Notes under the pieces: model-generated | Database searches by the model: none | The model's input: the letters and a program-made list of their open reading frames with translations, nothing else | What the model was told of the DNA's origin: nothing | Virus record (IMG/VR): IMGVR_UViG_3300025121_000011 | Coordinates: 62,001-126,000 of that record | Direction: 5' to 3' (one strand) | Length of the DNA: 64,000 bases | Position numbers and translations under genes: made by a program | Shown here: piece by piece, positions 49,477 to 58,381 of the stretch | How positions within the stretch are numbered: position 1 is the stretch's first letter | How the letters are laid out: each line of letters opens with the position of its first letter

Positions 49477-50274
49477 TTAAAGCATTTGGCTTACGGATGC
49501 ATCTATTATTCTAAATTCTCCTGTGACTTTCGATGTGCCTACATTTCCTTTTCTAATTTCACTTAAAGTCATACCTATTTTTTCTCTCAAATCTAATAAT
49601 CTAGAAAATAGTGGATCCATTCTTAAAATATTTATGACATCATCTTTTTCGCATCGTAGTAATTGTGCTGTATATATAGAATTATAACTATATGCAAGTA
49701 TATTTGCTATTAATGGTTTTTTTTCAATATAAAGCGCTTGTTGTTCCAAGGGATATTTCTCGTCTAAATAAGAAGTTAATATAGGAAAGAATCGGTCTAT
49801 ATCTTCATCGTTAGTTATAACATTTACTGCTTCAACCATAATCCAAAAGAAATCCTTAGAATGAGCGTAAACCTTTGGAAATAGACCGCTAAATTCTTGC
49901 TGTAGTTTAAACTCATTTTCATTCATATCATAATAAAGGGAGCTTTTGGAAACTTTTAATACAAAAGCATCATTATTTGGTAAACTATAAACAGCTCTAA
50001 ACGCACCTTCACTAATATATTTAAATCCAAGAGACTTTAGATAATCATTTACGGCTCTTAGAGTAGATTTATTTTGTAATTCATTATTTAATTTATCTAA
50101 TAACCCAGAGGTAAGTCCCAGAAATTCTTCTTCTTCTTGTGTATCTGAAAGCGGTTTCTGTCCTAATTCTTTTTCCCAATCAATAATAGATAAATCATCT
50201 ACTTCTTTTGCTTCATCATTTAATTCTTGAGCACGTAGAAGATTAGATAATATTTTAAGCTTTGAAGTAAACAT
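49477..50274 (-). CDS. protein kinase-like enzyme with N-terminal tag
   Basis: SEGAFRAVY, VLKVS, NENEF, EIRKGNVG, IIDAS. Confidence 0.7.
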   Translation of the reverse strand: MFTSKLKILSNLLRAQELNDEAKEVDDLSIIDWEKELGQKPLSDTQEEEEFLGLTSGLLDKLNNELQNKSTLRAVNDYLKSLGFKYISEGAFRAVYSLPNNDAFVLKVSKSSLYYDMNENEFKLQQEFSGLFPKVYAHSKDFFWIMVEAVNVITNDEDIDRFFPILTSYLDEKYPLEQQALYIEKKPLIANILAYSYNSIYTAQLLRCEKDDVINILRMDPLFSRLLDLREKIGMTLSEIRKGNVGTSKVTGEFRIIDASVSQML

Positions 50275-50296
50275 ACGGTCCTCTTAATAAAAAGAT

Positions 50297-51145
50297 TTAA
50301 AATAATCCTTTATGTGGTTCATCGAAGATAGAAGCATCTAATATCATAAATTCGCCAGTTATTTTAGAAGTTCCAACGTTATCCTGGCGAATCTCATCTA
50401 TGCTTAGCCCTGTTTTATTTGAAACTTTTAATAATCTTAAAAATAAAGGATCGCTCTTAAGAACCGCTTTAACTTCTGTTTCAGTGCAGTGTAATAAGTT
50501 TGCTATAGGTAGCAGATCATATCTATTAAATATACTAAATATATCCGTAACAAGTGGTGAATCATCAGAGTTTTGTTGATCTATAAACGCAGCTATTTTT
50601 GGAAAAAATTTATTTATTTCAGAATTAAATTTTATAACATTTGCTGATTCTATAATAATCCATGAAAAGGAATCTGAATGAGCATAAACTTTTGGAAATA
50701 AACCGCTAAATTCTTGCTGAAGGTAGAACTCATCTTTATTCATTTTAATGCCAGATTCGCCACTTTTTGATATTTTTAAAACAAAATCTTCACTACTTGG
50801 TAAAGAATATACTATTCGAAAGTAGCCACTTCCACTCTCTTTTAATCCTAAATCTATCAAGGACTTTTTGATGTTTTTAATATCATATGTATTTGTATCT
50901 GTAAATGGCTTTTTATTTAGTTCATACAATAGAGAGTTAGATAATCCAAAAAAACTTGCCTCTTCTGGATCAATATCTCCGGCAAATGGTTTTTGATTTA
51001 ACTCTTGTTCCCAATTTATAGCAGAAAGGGTTTCGTCAGTTTCTTCGCCAAAATTATTAAAAAGATTATCTATTGCCTTTGCTTCATCATTTAATTCTTG
51101 AGCCCGTAAAATTTTGGATAACGTATTTAGTTTTGAATGAATCAT
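50297..51145 (-). CDS. protein kinase-like enzyme (paralog) with N-terminal tag
   Basis: GSGYFRIVY, VLKIS, NKDEF, EIRQDNVG, ILDAS; start MIHSKL at 51145 chosen by alignment with the paralog. Confidence 0.7.
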   Translation of the reverse strand: MIHSKLNTLSKILRAQELNDEAKAIDNLFNNFGEETDETLSAINWEQELNQKPFAGDIDPEEASFFGLSNSLLYELNKKPFTDTNTYDIKNIKKSLIDLGLKESGSGYFRIVYSLPSSEDFVLKISKSGESGIKMNKDEFYLQQEFSGLFPKVYAHSDSFSWIIIESANVIKFNSEINKFFPKIAAFIDQQNSDDSPLVTDIFSIFNRYDLLPIANLLHCTETEVKAVLKSDPLFLRLLKVSNKTGLSIDEIRQDNVGTSKITGEFMILDASIFDEPHKGLF

Positions 51146-51193
51146 GCGCTTTCCCATTAATATGTTGGATAATACTCTCATCATATTTCATAA

Positions 51194-51207
51194 TATTAAT
51201 ATTAATA
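51194..51207. promoter_or_regulatory. overlapping palindromic TATTAATA pair, putative bidirectional late promoter
   Basis: TATTAATATTAATA between the divergent kinase and peptidase genes. Confidence 0.45.
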
Positions 51208-51230
51208 GTCATATTGTATAGGAGTAATTA

Positions 51231-51959
51231 ATGCCTTTCAATGTTAAAAGTCCGCCTAATGATTTGAAGAGACTAAGGCTAATTGCATTGGCTTCAATTT
51301 TATCAAAACAAGGATTATATCAAGAAAGTTTAGATGTTTTAGATCTAATGTTTAGCGATTCCGATGAAGACCCTTTTCTTGTTGATGTTTCAGAACATGG
51401 ATTTAAAATAGATGCCAGATGGTTAGTGGATGGTAAAAATATAAAATTGGCTACAGATGTATTAGAATCTTTAAGAAAAGCCGAAGATACTCTTCCTGAT
51501 GGTTATAATTTTTTAATTTTATATGGATACAGAACTCTTGATGAACAGAAGAAAATAGTTAAAACACAAGAGAGGGAATTGAAAGATACTAATCCAGATG
51601 ATTGGCGTGAAAAATTAAAAACTTATACAGGAGGGTATGAAGAACTTAAATTAGATTCAGATAATATTTCATACTTAAATCATAGAAGTGGCCGATCGGT
51701 AGACTTAACTCTTTTATATAAAGATAAAGAAGTAGAGATGGGTTTTGATAAAAATGGAAATGCTAATATGGATCAAAGTGATAGATTAGATTCTGATGAT
51801 ATTGATTTAGATATCAAACAGAATAGAAAAATTCTTGCAGATGCTTTATCTTCTGAAGGTTTTGAGAATTACAAAGAAGAATGGTGGCATTGGGGTTTAA
51901 AAATGAAGGAGGGTGGAGATGAGAAAGAATCTTCTAATTCAGCGGACGTTTTTAATTGA
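51231..51959 (+). CDS. VanX-like D-Ala-D-Ala dipeptidase (M15D) with N-terminal tag
   Basis: YGYRT..EQ, NHRSGRSVDLTL, EMG, NR.IL...GF.NY.EEWWHW. Confidence 0.85.
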   Translation: MPFNVKSPPNDLKRLRLIALASILSKQGLYQESLDVLDLMFSDSDEDPFLVDVSEHGFKIDARWLVDGKNIKLATDVLESLRKAEDTLPDGYNFLILYGYRTLDEQKKIVKTQERELKDTNPDDWREKLKTYTGGYEELKLDSDNISYLNHRSGRSVDLTLLYKDKEVEMGFDKNGNANMDQSDRLDSDDIDLDIKQNRKILADALSSEGFENYKEEWWHWGLKMKEGGDEKESSNSADVFN

Positions 51960-52380
51960 GGGTAAACCTCAAAGGCAGGTGCCTTTACCAAAAGATTCTG
52001 GACGACGCGGTATACAATTGGTTGAAAAAGATGTAGAAGAATATGATGCTGCTTATAATGATTTTTTTGAATTTCAAAAAGACTTAGATGATATTGAGGC
52101 GGCAAATGAACAACAGCGTCGAGCTGAAATTTATGGCTTCGAAGAATTACAAGATTCGGAATCAAATACATCTCCAGAATTTAAAAAAGAACAAGCTCCA
52201 TCTCCTATTGTTATGGAAGAAGATGAAGATTTAGAAAACTTTTCTCCAATTATAATGGAAGATTTTGATGAGATTCCGACCATTACAGAATTTAAAAGAT
52301 GTTTGTTTACAAAAGAAAATGGGAAGCAGTGCAAGCGACAAGCTCCAAAAACTCATGATTTTTGCTCAGCACATAGATAA
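51919..52380 (+). CDS. acidic protein with a C-terminal CCCH zinc finger
   Basis: CLFTKENGKQCKR...FCSAH; start uncertain (51913 or 51919). Confidence 0.6.
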   Translation: MRKNLLIQRTFLIEGKPQRQVPLPKDSGRRGIQLVEKDVEEYDAAYNDFFEFQKDLDDIEAANEQQRRAEIYGFEELQDSESNTSPEFKKEQAPSPIVMEEDEDLENFSPIIMEDFDEIPTITEFKRCLFTKENGKQCKRQAPKTHDFCSAHR

Positions 52381-52419
52381 AAGTAATCTATTAATTAATG
52401 TTAGATAAGTGAGCCCATC

Positions 52420-52656
52420 ATGAATAATATATACATTATATCAGACTTATCGTTAGCTGCTTTTTTATCAATGAAAGGTTTAGAAATTAGAAAAGCTATT
52501 AAGCATAATGATGGTAAATTTAAATTAGATAATCACAACCAAATGGCTGCCCGCTTGTCTTTAGAATATATTAATTCAGATTTTTCTAAATTTGATAATC
52601 AAATAAGATTAATCAAAAAGCTTCTATACAGTAAACAAGGAGTTTATAATGGCTAA
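52420..52656 (+). CDS. small DUF5659-like protein
   Basis: SDLSLAAFL..KG pattern. Confidence 0.5.
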   Translation: MNNIYIISDLSLAAFLSMKGLEIRKAIKHNDGKFKLDNHNQMAARLSLEYINSDFSKFDNQIRLIKKLLYSKQGVYNG

Positions 52657-53572
52657 TAATAGAGACGCAGCAGTACAGGGCCAAGAAGTTCTTCTTCAAA
52701 TTCAATATTATGATGCTAATGGAAAAGAAGTTGATGCAGATGATTCACCCACAATAGAGATTTTAGATCCAAATGGTTCTATAATATTATCTGCCACCTC
52801 AACAGATGTATCAAGAGTAAGCATTGGTCTTTATCAATATACTTATACTGTAGAAGCTGATGCAGAAGTTGATGATTGGGTCGATACCTGGAGTGCAAAT
52901 ATTGATAATGCACCATTTGAAGTGTCATTTTCATTTTCTGTTGTAACAGCAGATAACGCTTTGACCGCAGATACCGGTCCCGGACAGATTACATTAGGTG
53001 ATGATGTTTCTTTAGATTTTTCACAAGAAGAATTAGCAACAATAAATTATTTATTATATTTATTAAAAATTAGACTCAATTCAACAGGTGTTAAACCTTC
53101 TAGAGATAGATTTGGAGCATTCATTACAGATGGATATGGTGAAATAGTAACAGAAACGTGTAATGTTTTTGATGATGAAGCATTAGTAGCCTTTTTAAGC
53201 ATGGCTTTATCTGAATTTAATATGGTGCCCTTCTTTACGGCTTATACATTTGCGGATCAAATTATTAAAACTTTATTCTCTGAAGCAATTGTCGAAGGAG
53301 CGTATATTTTTGCCTTAGCTTCTCAGGCAATTATAGAAAAGGGTAGAGACTTTACAATTTCTGATGGTGGGTTAAATTATCAACCACCACAGTTGGGTGA
53401 CTTTTTACAAACTCATTATAGTAATTGGTTAACTGCATATAGAGAGCGTTTGAAGTTTATGAAGAATAGTATTCGTCCTGGACCACGCGGTTATGGAACT
53501 TATAGCAACCTTTCTAGTGGGGCCCCCGCTTTTCAACGTTTAAGACATTGCCGTTCTAGGCGCATCATTTAA
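52649..53572 (+). CDS. head-tail adaptor/neck protein with Ig-like N-terminal domain
   Basis: GLYQYTY..W.DTW beta domain; FDDEAL..FL..ALSEFN..P; ISDGGL.Y. Confidence 0.6.
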   Translation: MANNRDAAVQGQEVLLQIQYYDANGKEVDADDSPTIEILDPNGSIILSATSTDVSRVSIGLYQYTYTVEADAEVDDWVDTWSANIDNAPFEVSFSFSVVTADNALTADTGPGQITLGDDVSLDFSQEELATINYLLYLLKIRLNSTGVKPSRDRFGAFITDGYGEIVTETCNVFDDEALVAFLSMALSEFNMVPFFTAYTFADQIIKTLFSEAIVEGAYIFALASQAIIEKGRDFTISDGGLNYQPPQLGDFLQTHYSNWLTAYRERLKFMKNSIRPGPRGYGTYSNLSSGAPAFQRLRHCRSRRII

Positions 53573-53760
53573 CAGATTCAGTGACATTAGAACACGATGT
53601 ATCTTCATCATTTACTAATTATTTAAAAAAAAATCATATAATAGAATCGGTTCTATACGTGAAAGGGCTTGAGAATTGAGAGTAGGCTACTACTAAAAGA
53701 TAATACTATTAAAAGATATATTGATAAACAAAATGTCATTTTTTATATTGGGAGGATCTA

Positions 53761-54276
53761 ATGGAATTGCTTGTAGCATTCTTACTGGAAAAAGGAGGAA
53801 TCTTTGGATTTCTCTTTATCCTTTCAATAATATATATTTGGTGGACAGGTTACAAAAAGGATTCCAAACCAAAAGTGCAATCACCTGATGCTGTGCAATT
53901 ACCTGATGCTGTGCACAAAGATATCTTAGATGATATTAAAAGTTTAAATGTACGGTTTCTTGAAATAGAAAAAGAAATTTATGATATACATGTAAAAGTA
54001 TTTGATCTTTGGAATTGGCACTCTGTTAAAGATGCAGATGGTATCCCAATTTGGTATGTTCGTCGGTCTATAGAGGAAAGTATTAATTCTTTGAGTTGTA
54101 CCATTAGAAATGATGCAGACCGATTATCTCAACATAGCAAGGATATATCTAAAGTAAACGCAGAACGTGTAGATGAATTAAAAGACATTATTACTAAATA
54201 TAATAAAAATATCTTAGAATTAACTATTGCATTAGAAAAGGTCAGAATGACACTTGAAACATATAGGAGTCAATAA
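53761..54276 (+). CDS. membrane-anchored coiled-coil protein (holin-like?)
   Basis: GGAGG SD; N-terminal TM GIFGFLFILSIIYIWW. Confidence 0.5.
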   Translation: MELLVAFLLEKGGIFGFLFILSIIYIWWTGYKKDSKPKVQSPDAVQLPDAVHKDILDDIKSLNVRFLEIEKEIYDIHVKVFDLWNWHSVKDADGIPIWYVRRSIEESINSLSCTIRNDADRLSQHSKDISKVNAERVDELKDIITKYNKNILELTIALEKVRMTLETYRSQ

Positions 54277-54507
54277 ATGAGTCTAAAAGATGATGGATGT
54301 ATTTTGTCAAGTTCATTAGCAGAACAAGAGTTAAATAAATTATTATTAGAGTGTCACACGTTGCAAGAACACCTTGGGATTACTATAGACAATTTATTTA
54401 ACTCTTTTAAAAGATCATCAATTAATGTGGAGAAACTTTATGATAATAATTCGAGCAAAAAAAATGGGAGTCTTGAAGAGCAAAGTAGAAACATTAGCGC
54501 AGATTAG
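54277..54507 (+). CDS. hypothetical protein
   Basis: AGGAG SD. Confidence 0.5.
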   Translation: MSLKDDGCILSSSLAEQELNKLLLECHTLQEHLGITIDNLFNSFKRSSINVEKLYDNNSSKKNGSLEEQSRNISAD

Positions 54508-54988
54508 ACGTGATTTAAAAGAGTCTCCAATTATTCAGCAGACTTGTAAAGATTATAAATTACCTATAGATATCATTGATGGCATCCCTATAGATTTTAT
54601 AGAGTTAGATGTTTCTGCTAAAACTATTGATTCTAAGATTTATCTTAATGAAGATCTTTTATCTGAAGATTATGATGTTATTATGAGATATGCAATTCAT
54701 GAAGTTACGCACTCTCTTCAGCATATGGAAAGAGAAGATTTGGACAAGGATCCATATGCTGATGATGAATATTTGGATCGTCCAGATGAAAAAGAGGCTT
54801 TTGCTAATCAATTTGCTTTTATGATTGGTGATACAGACTTGGAAGATTTAGACTTAGAAGATATGCTTAATAAATTACAAGGTCCAGCCAAAAAAGATTT
54901 TTTAGAATATATTATTAGACTCTTAGATCATCATGATATTCCTCGTTCTGAGAGGTATGATAAAATTGAGGAAATAATGAAAGCATAG
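54425..54988 (+). CDS. HExxH zinc metalloprotease-like protein
   Basis: AIHEVTHSLQH..YLDRPDEKEAF; start uncertain. Confidence 0.65.
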   Translation: MWRNFMIIIRAKKMGVLKSKVETLAQIRRDLKESPIIQQTCKDYKLPIDIIDGIPIDFIELDVSAKTIDSKIYLNEDLLSEDYDVIMRYAIHEVTHSLQHMEREDLDKDPYADDEYLDRPDEKEAFANQFAFMIGDTDLEDLDLEDMLNKLQGPAKKDFLEYIIRLLDHHDIPRSERYDKIEEIMKA

Positions 54989-55037
54989 AAATTGTGCATC
55001 TCTATTAATAGAAGCCAATTTTAATATGGAGATGTAT

Positions 55038-57026
55038 ATGATTTCAATTTCAGGATTATCACCATCAGAAGGAGAGAAACAGGTTTCTCTTGATACAAAT
55101 ATTGAATTTACTCTTTTAGATGATGGTACTGGAATAAATATTTCTACTCTAATAGTAGAAATGCGTGGTTATAGAGTTATAGAAGGTGTTGAATTTCAAG
55201 AAGGATTTGATGGATTAAATTCTGAAATAAATCCAGATGGAGCAAATTTTAATATAGTAATTGATCCAGAAAGTAACTTACCTAAAGGATCTCAAATATA
55301 TGTCAAAATACAAGTCCAAGACATTAATGGAATATATTTTAATCAAACATATATGTTTAAAACTATTAAAGAAGCACCAGTATTGATTGAATCAAATCCA
55401 GTACATCGAGGTATAGTTACTGGTCCACAATTATATACTTTAGAATTTGAAGATCCATTAGATGATATTGACTTATCATCAATCCAAGTAAGTATCAATG
55501 GATTAGATTATATTGTTAGTGGTATATTTGAGTCTGGTCCAAATGGAGCTTTATCTGCTATTGATTCTGATTCAACATCTGTATTGATCAAAATAGATCC
55601 AATAGAATCATTTCGCAATGGAGATTATTATATAAATTGGTCTATATCTGATGAAAATGGGGGTCAATCTACAGGTCGAATCGACTTTACCGTTAATCAG
55701 CTTAAAGCTACATTACCTGCTATTTTTCCACAAACCGGATTTATAGGTTTTTTTCAAGGTATTCAAAAGGTTTCTGATGTTGGAGATGGACAATCATTAA
55801 AACTAGAATGGAATATTCCGGCGAAACGAGCGTATAAAAGTGATATTTATGTTTTAATTTATATTAATCAAAATAGATTGGAAATTTTTGATTCTTTGCC
55901 AGATTATATTGCTAGAGCAGATGTTCTCTCTGCAACGATTTCGGGATTTTCCACTGGGGTCACATTATCATTTGCGGCTAGAGCAATGGAAACCTATAAG
56001 GATGCCTTGGACTTTTCTGGTGCCACAGAGATTTCTGATGGGTTATGGGCCTTTCCCTCGTCCACTACAATAGCAAGACCAACATTAGATACTGACACCA
56101 AGATCTATGTAGACTCTATAGAGGGATTTGGTGAAAAGGGTTATTTATTAATTGGCACAGAACTTCTTAGATATAATGGATTATCTATAAATGATAATGC
56201 CTTTTTAATTCCAGCAGATGGACGTGGGCTTCTAAATTCTTCTGCCGGCATTTATGTAATTGGTGATGAAGTAACTTTTTTCTCAAATTGCAAAGATGAA
56301 AATACAGTGATTACAATGGCTACCCCAACATATCATGATGGGTATGATATGCAAAGGCAGGTTAATAATGTTGGTTTAGTTGTTACTGATTATTCAGATA
56401 ATGACAGAAAGTTTTTTCAAGGTTATGACTTCTGTGGGTATCACAGAGCCCTTCCTCAACGTACATTAAATGGAATAGATGATTGCGGAAGTTATCTTGG
56501 AGGAGAATATAATGGACTTAGAGGTTTTAATCTTTGGGATAGATTAATCGGCATAGAAGAGGTTTTGTTAGACCAAGTTGGAGAACCGATAATTTTATTA
56601 AAAAGAATTTGGAATGGGCAAACATGCAGTTGTGTATCTTCTAGACGAATTCATCCAAAGGTTAAAAGCTGCAAAGAATGTTTTGGAACTGGATATGTTG
56701 GTGGATTTGTTCAATATAATAATTTACGCAGAGAAGATAGAAGAGTAGTTTTATCTTTTGCTGATTCTGCGGAAGATTTAAAGTTAGGTTCTTATGAGCA
56801 CTTACAACAAGAGTTTGAACCTAGTGCTTGGACTATACCCATCCCCGCTATCAAAGATAGGGATTTGATAGTTAGGTTTGATTTTACTGATGATCAAGAA
56901 TATATTTATGAGGTTTTAAAGGTGAGCCGTGAAAAAATAGTCTTTAGACATTTTACTAGACAAAGATTAGAATTAAAAAGATTAGATAAAACAGATATAG
57001 TATATACATTTGATTGGATATTATAA
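55038..57026 (+). CDS. Ig-like-domain virion protein with a C-terminal neck/head-closure-like domain
   Basis: Two Ig-like repeats and an Fn3-like segment; GEPIILLKR..CSC..CKECFGTGYVGGF; start 55038 chosen from the GGAG SD. Confidence 0.6.
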   Translation: MISISGLSPSEGEKQVSLDTNIEFTLLDDGTGINISTLIVEMRGYRVIEGVEFQEGFDGLNSEINPDGANFNIVIDPESNLPKGSQIYVKIQVQDINGIYFNQTYMFKTIKEAPVLIESNPVHRGIVTGPQLYTLEFEDPLDDIDLSSIQVSINGLDYIVSGIFESGPNGALSAIDSDSTSVLIKIDPIESFRNGDYYINWSISDENGGQSTGRIDFTVNQLKATLPAIFPQTGFIGFFQGIQKVSDVGDGQSLKLEWNIPAKRAYKSDIYVLIYINQNRLEIFDSLPDYIARADVLSATISGFSTGVTLSFAARAMETYKDALDFSGATEISDGLWAFPSSTTIARPTLDTDTKIYVDSIEGFGEKGYLLIGTELLRYNGLSINDNAFLIPADGRGLLNSSAGIYVIGDEVTFFSNCKDENTVITMATPTYHDGYDMQRQVNNVGLVVTDYSDNDRKFFQGYDFCGYHRALPQRTLNGIDDCGSYLGGEYNGLRGFNLWDRLIGIEEVLLDQVGEPIILLKRIWNGQTCSCVSSRRIHPKVKSCKECFGTGYVGGFVQYNNLRREDRRVVLSFADSAEDLKLGSYEHLQQEFEPSAWTIPIPAIKDRDLIVRFDFTDDQEYIYEVLKVSREKIVFRHFTRQRLELKRLDKTDIVYTFDWIL

Positions 57027-57041
57027 GGAGGAGGAGGTTTA

Positions 57042-57380
57042 ATGTGGATTAAAAATACAGATGGTAAACCAGATGCTATGCTAACTATCGCAATTATTGC
57101 GTTTATAGTGGTAGTAATTAACATATTATTATCTACATTTGGTGTATGTACTATTTTTGGAGTAACTTTTTCTTTTGCAGCTATGGAGGCTGGAGCTATG
57201 ACAGCATTTTTAGCCCCAACTTTAATGGCTTATGTGACTAGACGATGGACCGGTACAGCTTATGGAAGCTTGAAATTTCCAATCTCTACTCCTTCAAATC
57301 AACCTGATCCTATTGTAACCAAAGATCCCGCCTCTTTAGTAGGATTTGAACCTTCCGGCGAACCTTCTGGAGTAGAATAA
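57042..57380 (+). CDS. two-TM membrane protein (holin candidate)
   Basis: Two hydrophobic segments; GGAGG SD. Confidence 0.45.
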   Translation: MWIKNTDGKPDAMLTIAIIAFIVVVINILLSTFGVCTIFGVTFSFAAMEAGAMTAFLAPTLMAYVTRRWTGTAYGSLKFPISTPSNQPDPIVTKDPASLVGFEPSGEPSGVE

Positions 57381-57709
57381 TGACTTGGTTTAAGAAATTT
57401 AATATAAAATTTAAAATTGCTCTTGGCATACTAGGCTTTATATTGGCGATGTTTTTGTTTGCCACTATTAAAAGAAAATTTTCAGCAAGAGATAAGCTGA
57501 AATATGAATTAGCTAAAAATACACATGAAATTGAACTAACACATTTAGGAAAAGATGAAGAAGCAAAAAAGGCTAAATTAACCCTTCTGGTTGATGAAAA
57601 GCAGAAGATTATTGAAAAACTTGAAATTATTGATACCAAGGAATTAAAACTTGGCAGAGAAATGTCTATAGAAGAGTTAGATAGTTTTTTTGATTCTAGA
57701 GGATTTTAA
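57380..57709 (+). CDS. N-anchored coiled-coil protein (i-spanin candidate)
   Basis: TM IALGILGFILAMFLF followed by a coiled coil. Confidence 0.4.
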   Translation: MTWFKKFNIKFKIALGILGFILAMFLFATIKRKFSARDKLKYELAKNTHEIELTHLGKDEEAKKAKLTLLVDEKQKIIEKLEIIDTKELKLGREMSIEELDSFFDSRGF

Positions 57710-57939
57710 TGAAATATAATTTAACAAATTTGATTAAATCTATAGATACAACAAATCTAAAAACTAAAATAGCAATTGCGATAATAAGATATTCTAATGA
57801 TTTAGAAGCTAAAGAAACTGCTTTAAATAGTTTAGATCAAGAAATAGATATTGATGTATTGCAACTAGAATCTATGATTAATCCAAATAAATTTGACTTT
57901 CCAGAAATAAATATAGATAGGGTAGAAACAGATGCTTAA
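57709..57939 (+). CDS. hypothetical protein
   Basis: GAGG SD; translationally coupled. Confidence 0.5.
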   Translation: MKYNLTNLIKSIDTTNLKTKIAIAIIRYSNDLEAKETALNSLDQEIDIDVLQLESMINPNKFDFPEINIDRVETDA

Positions 57940-58381
57940 AGCTATTACACATATTTTCTTTGCTATTATGATTTCTTTTACAATAATTTTTTCTAATATA
58001 GCTTATGGATCAGATGTAATGAAGTCTGGTGCTATTCTACAAGAAGATTCTATCGTATTTTCTGTGGATGAAGCAGATGATCTAAGAAAAAGGATTGAAG
58101 AATTAGAACTAAAGGAGGAGCGCCTAGTGGCTGTTCAAGATCTGATAGTTGTTCAGGAAAAACAAATTAATACTTTAGATGAATTATTAGAAGTAAAAAA
58201 TGCACAAATTACTGAATGGAAGTCTTTAGGTGAACTTCATCAAAATAGAATAAAAGATTTAGAGCGACAAGAAAATTTAAATATTTTACGTAATATTGGA
58301 TACTTAGCCTTAGGAATGGTTGTTGCTGGTGGAGCTATCTATATTGGTGATAAGGTCGGGGATACAGTGGAGACGAATTAA
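57932..58381 (+). CDS. signal peptide + coiled coil + C-terminal TM protein (spanin-like)
   Basis: Hydrophobic N- and C-termini flanking heptad repeats. Confidence 0.45.
   Translation: MLKAITHIFFAIMISFTIIFSNIAYGSDVMKSGAILQEDSIVFSVDEADDLRKRIEELELKEERLVAVQDLIVVQEKQINTLDELLEVKNAQITEWKSLGELHQNRIKDLERQENLNILRNIGYLALGMVVAGGAIYIGDKVGDTVETN

Noticed and set aside
53573-53760. tRNA or structured ncRNA in the intergenic gap
   Set aside because: No cloverleaf or convincing stem; only AT-rich late-motif-like repeats (TACTAAAAGATA/TATTAAAAGATA)
53884-53915. Short direct repeat CCTGATGCTGTGCA (x2)
   Set aside because: Simple in-frame 18-nt duplication in a linker, with no sign of a mobile element
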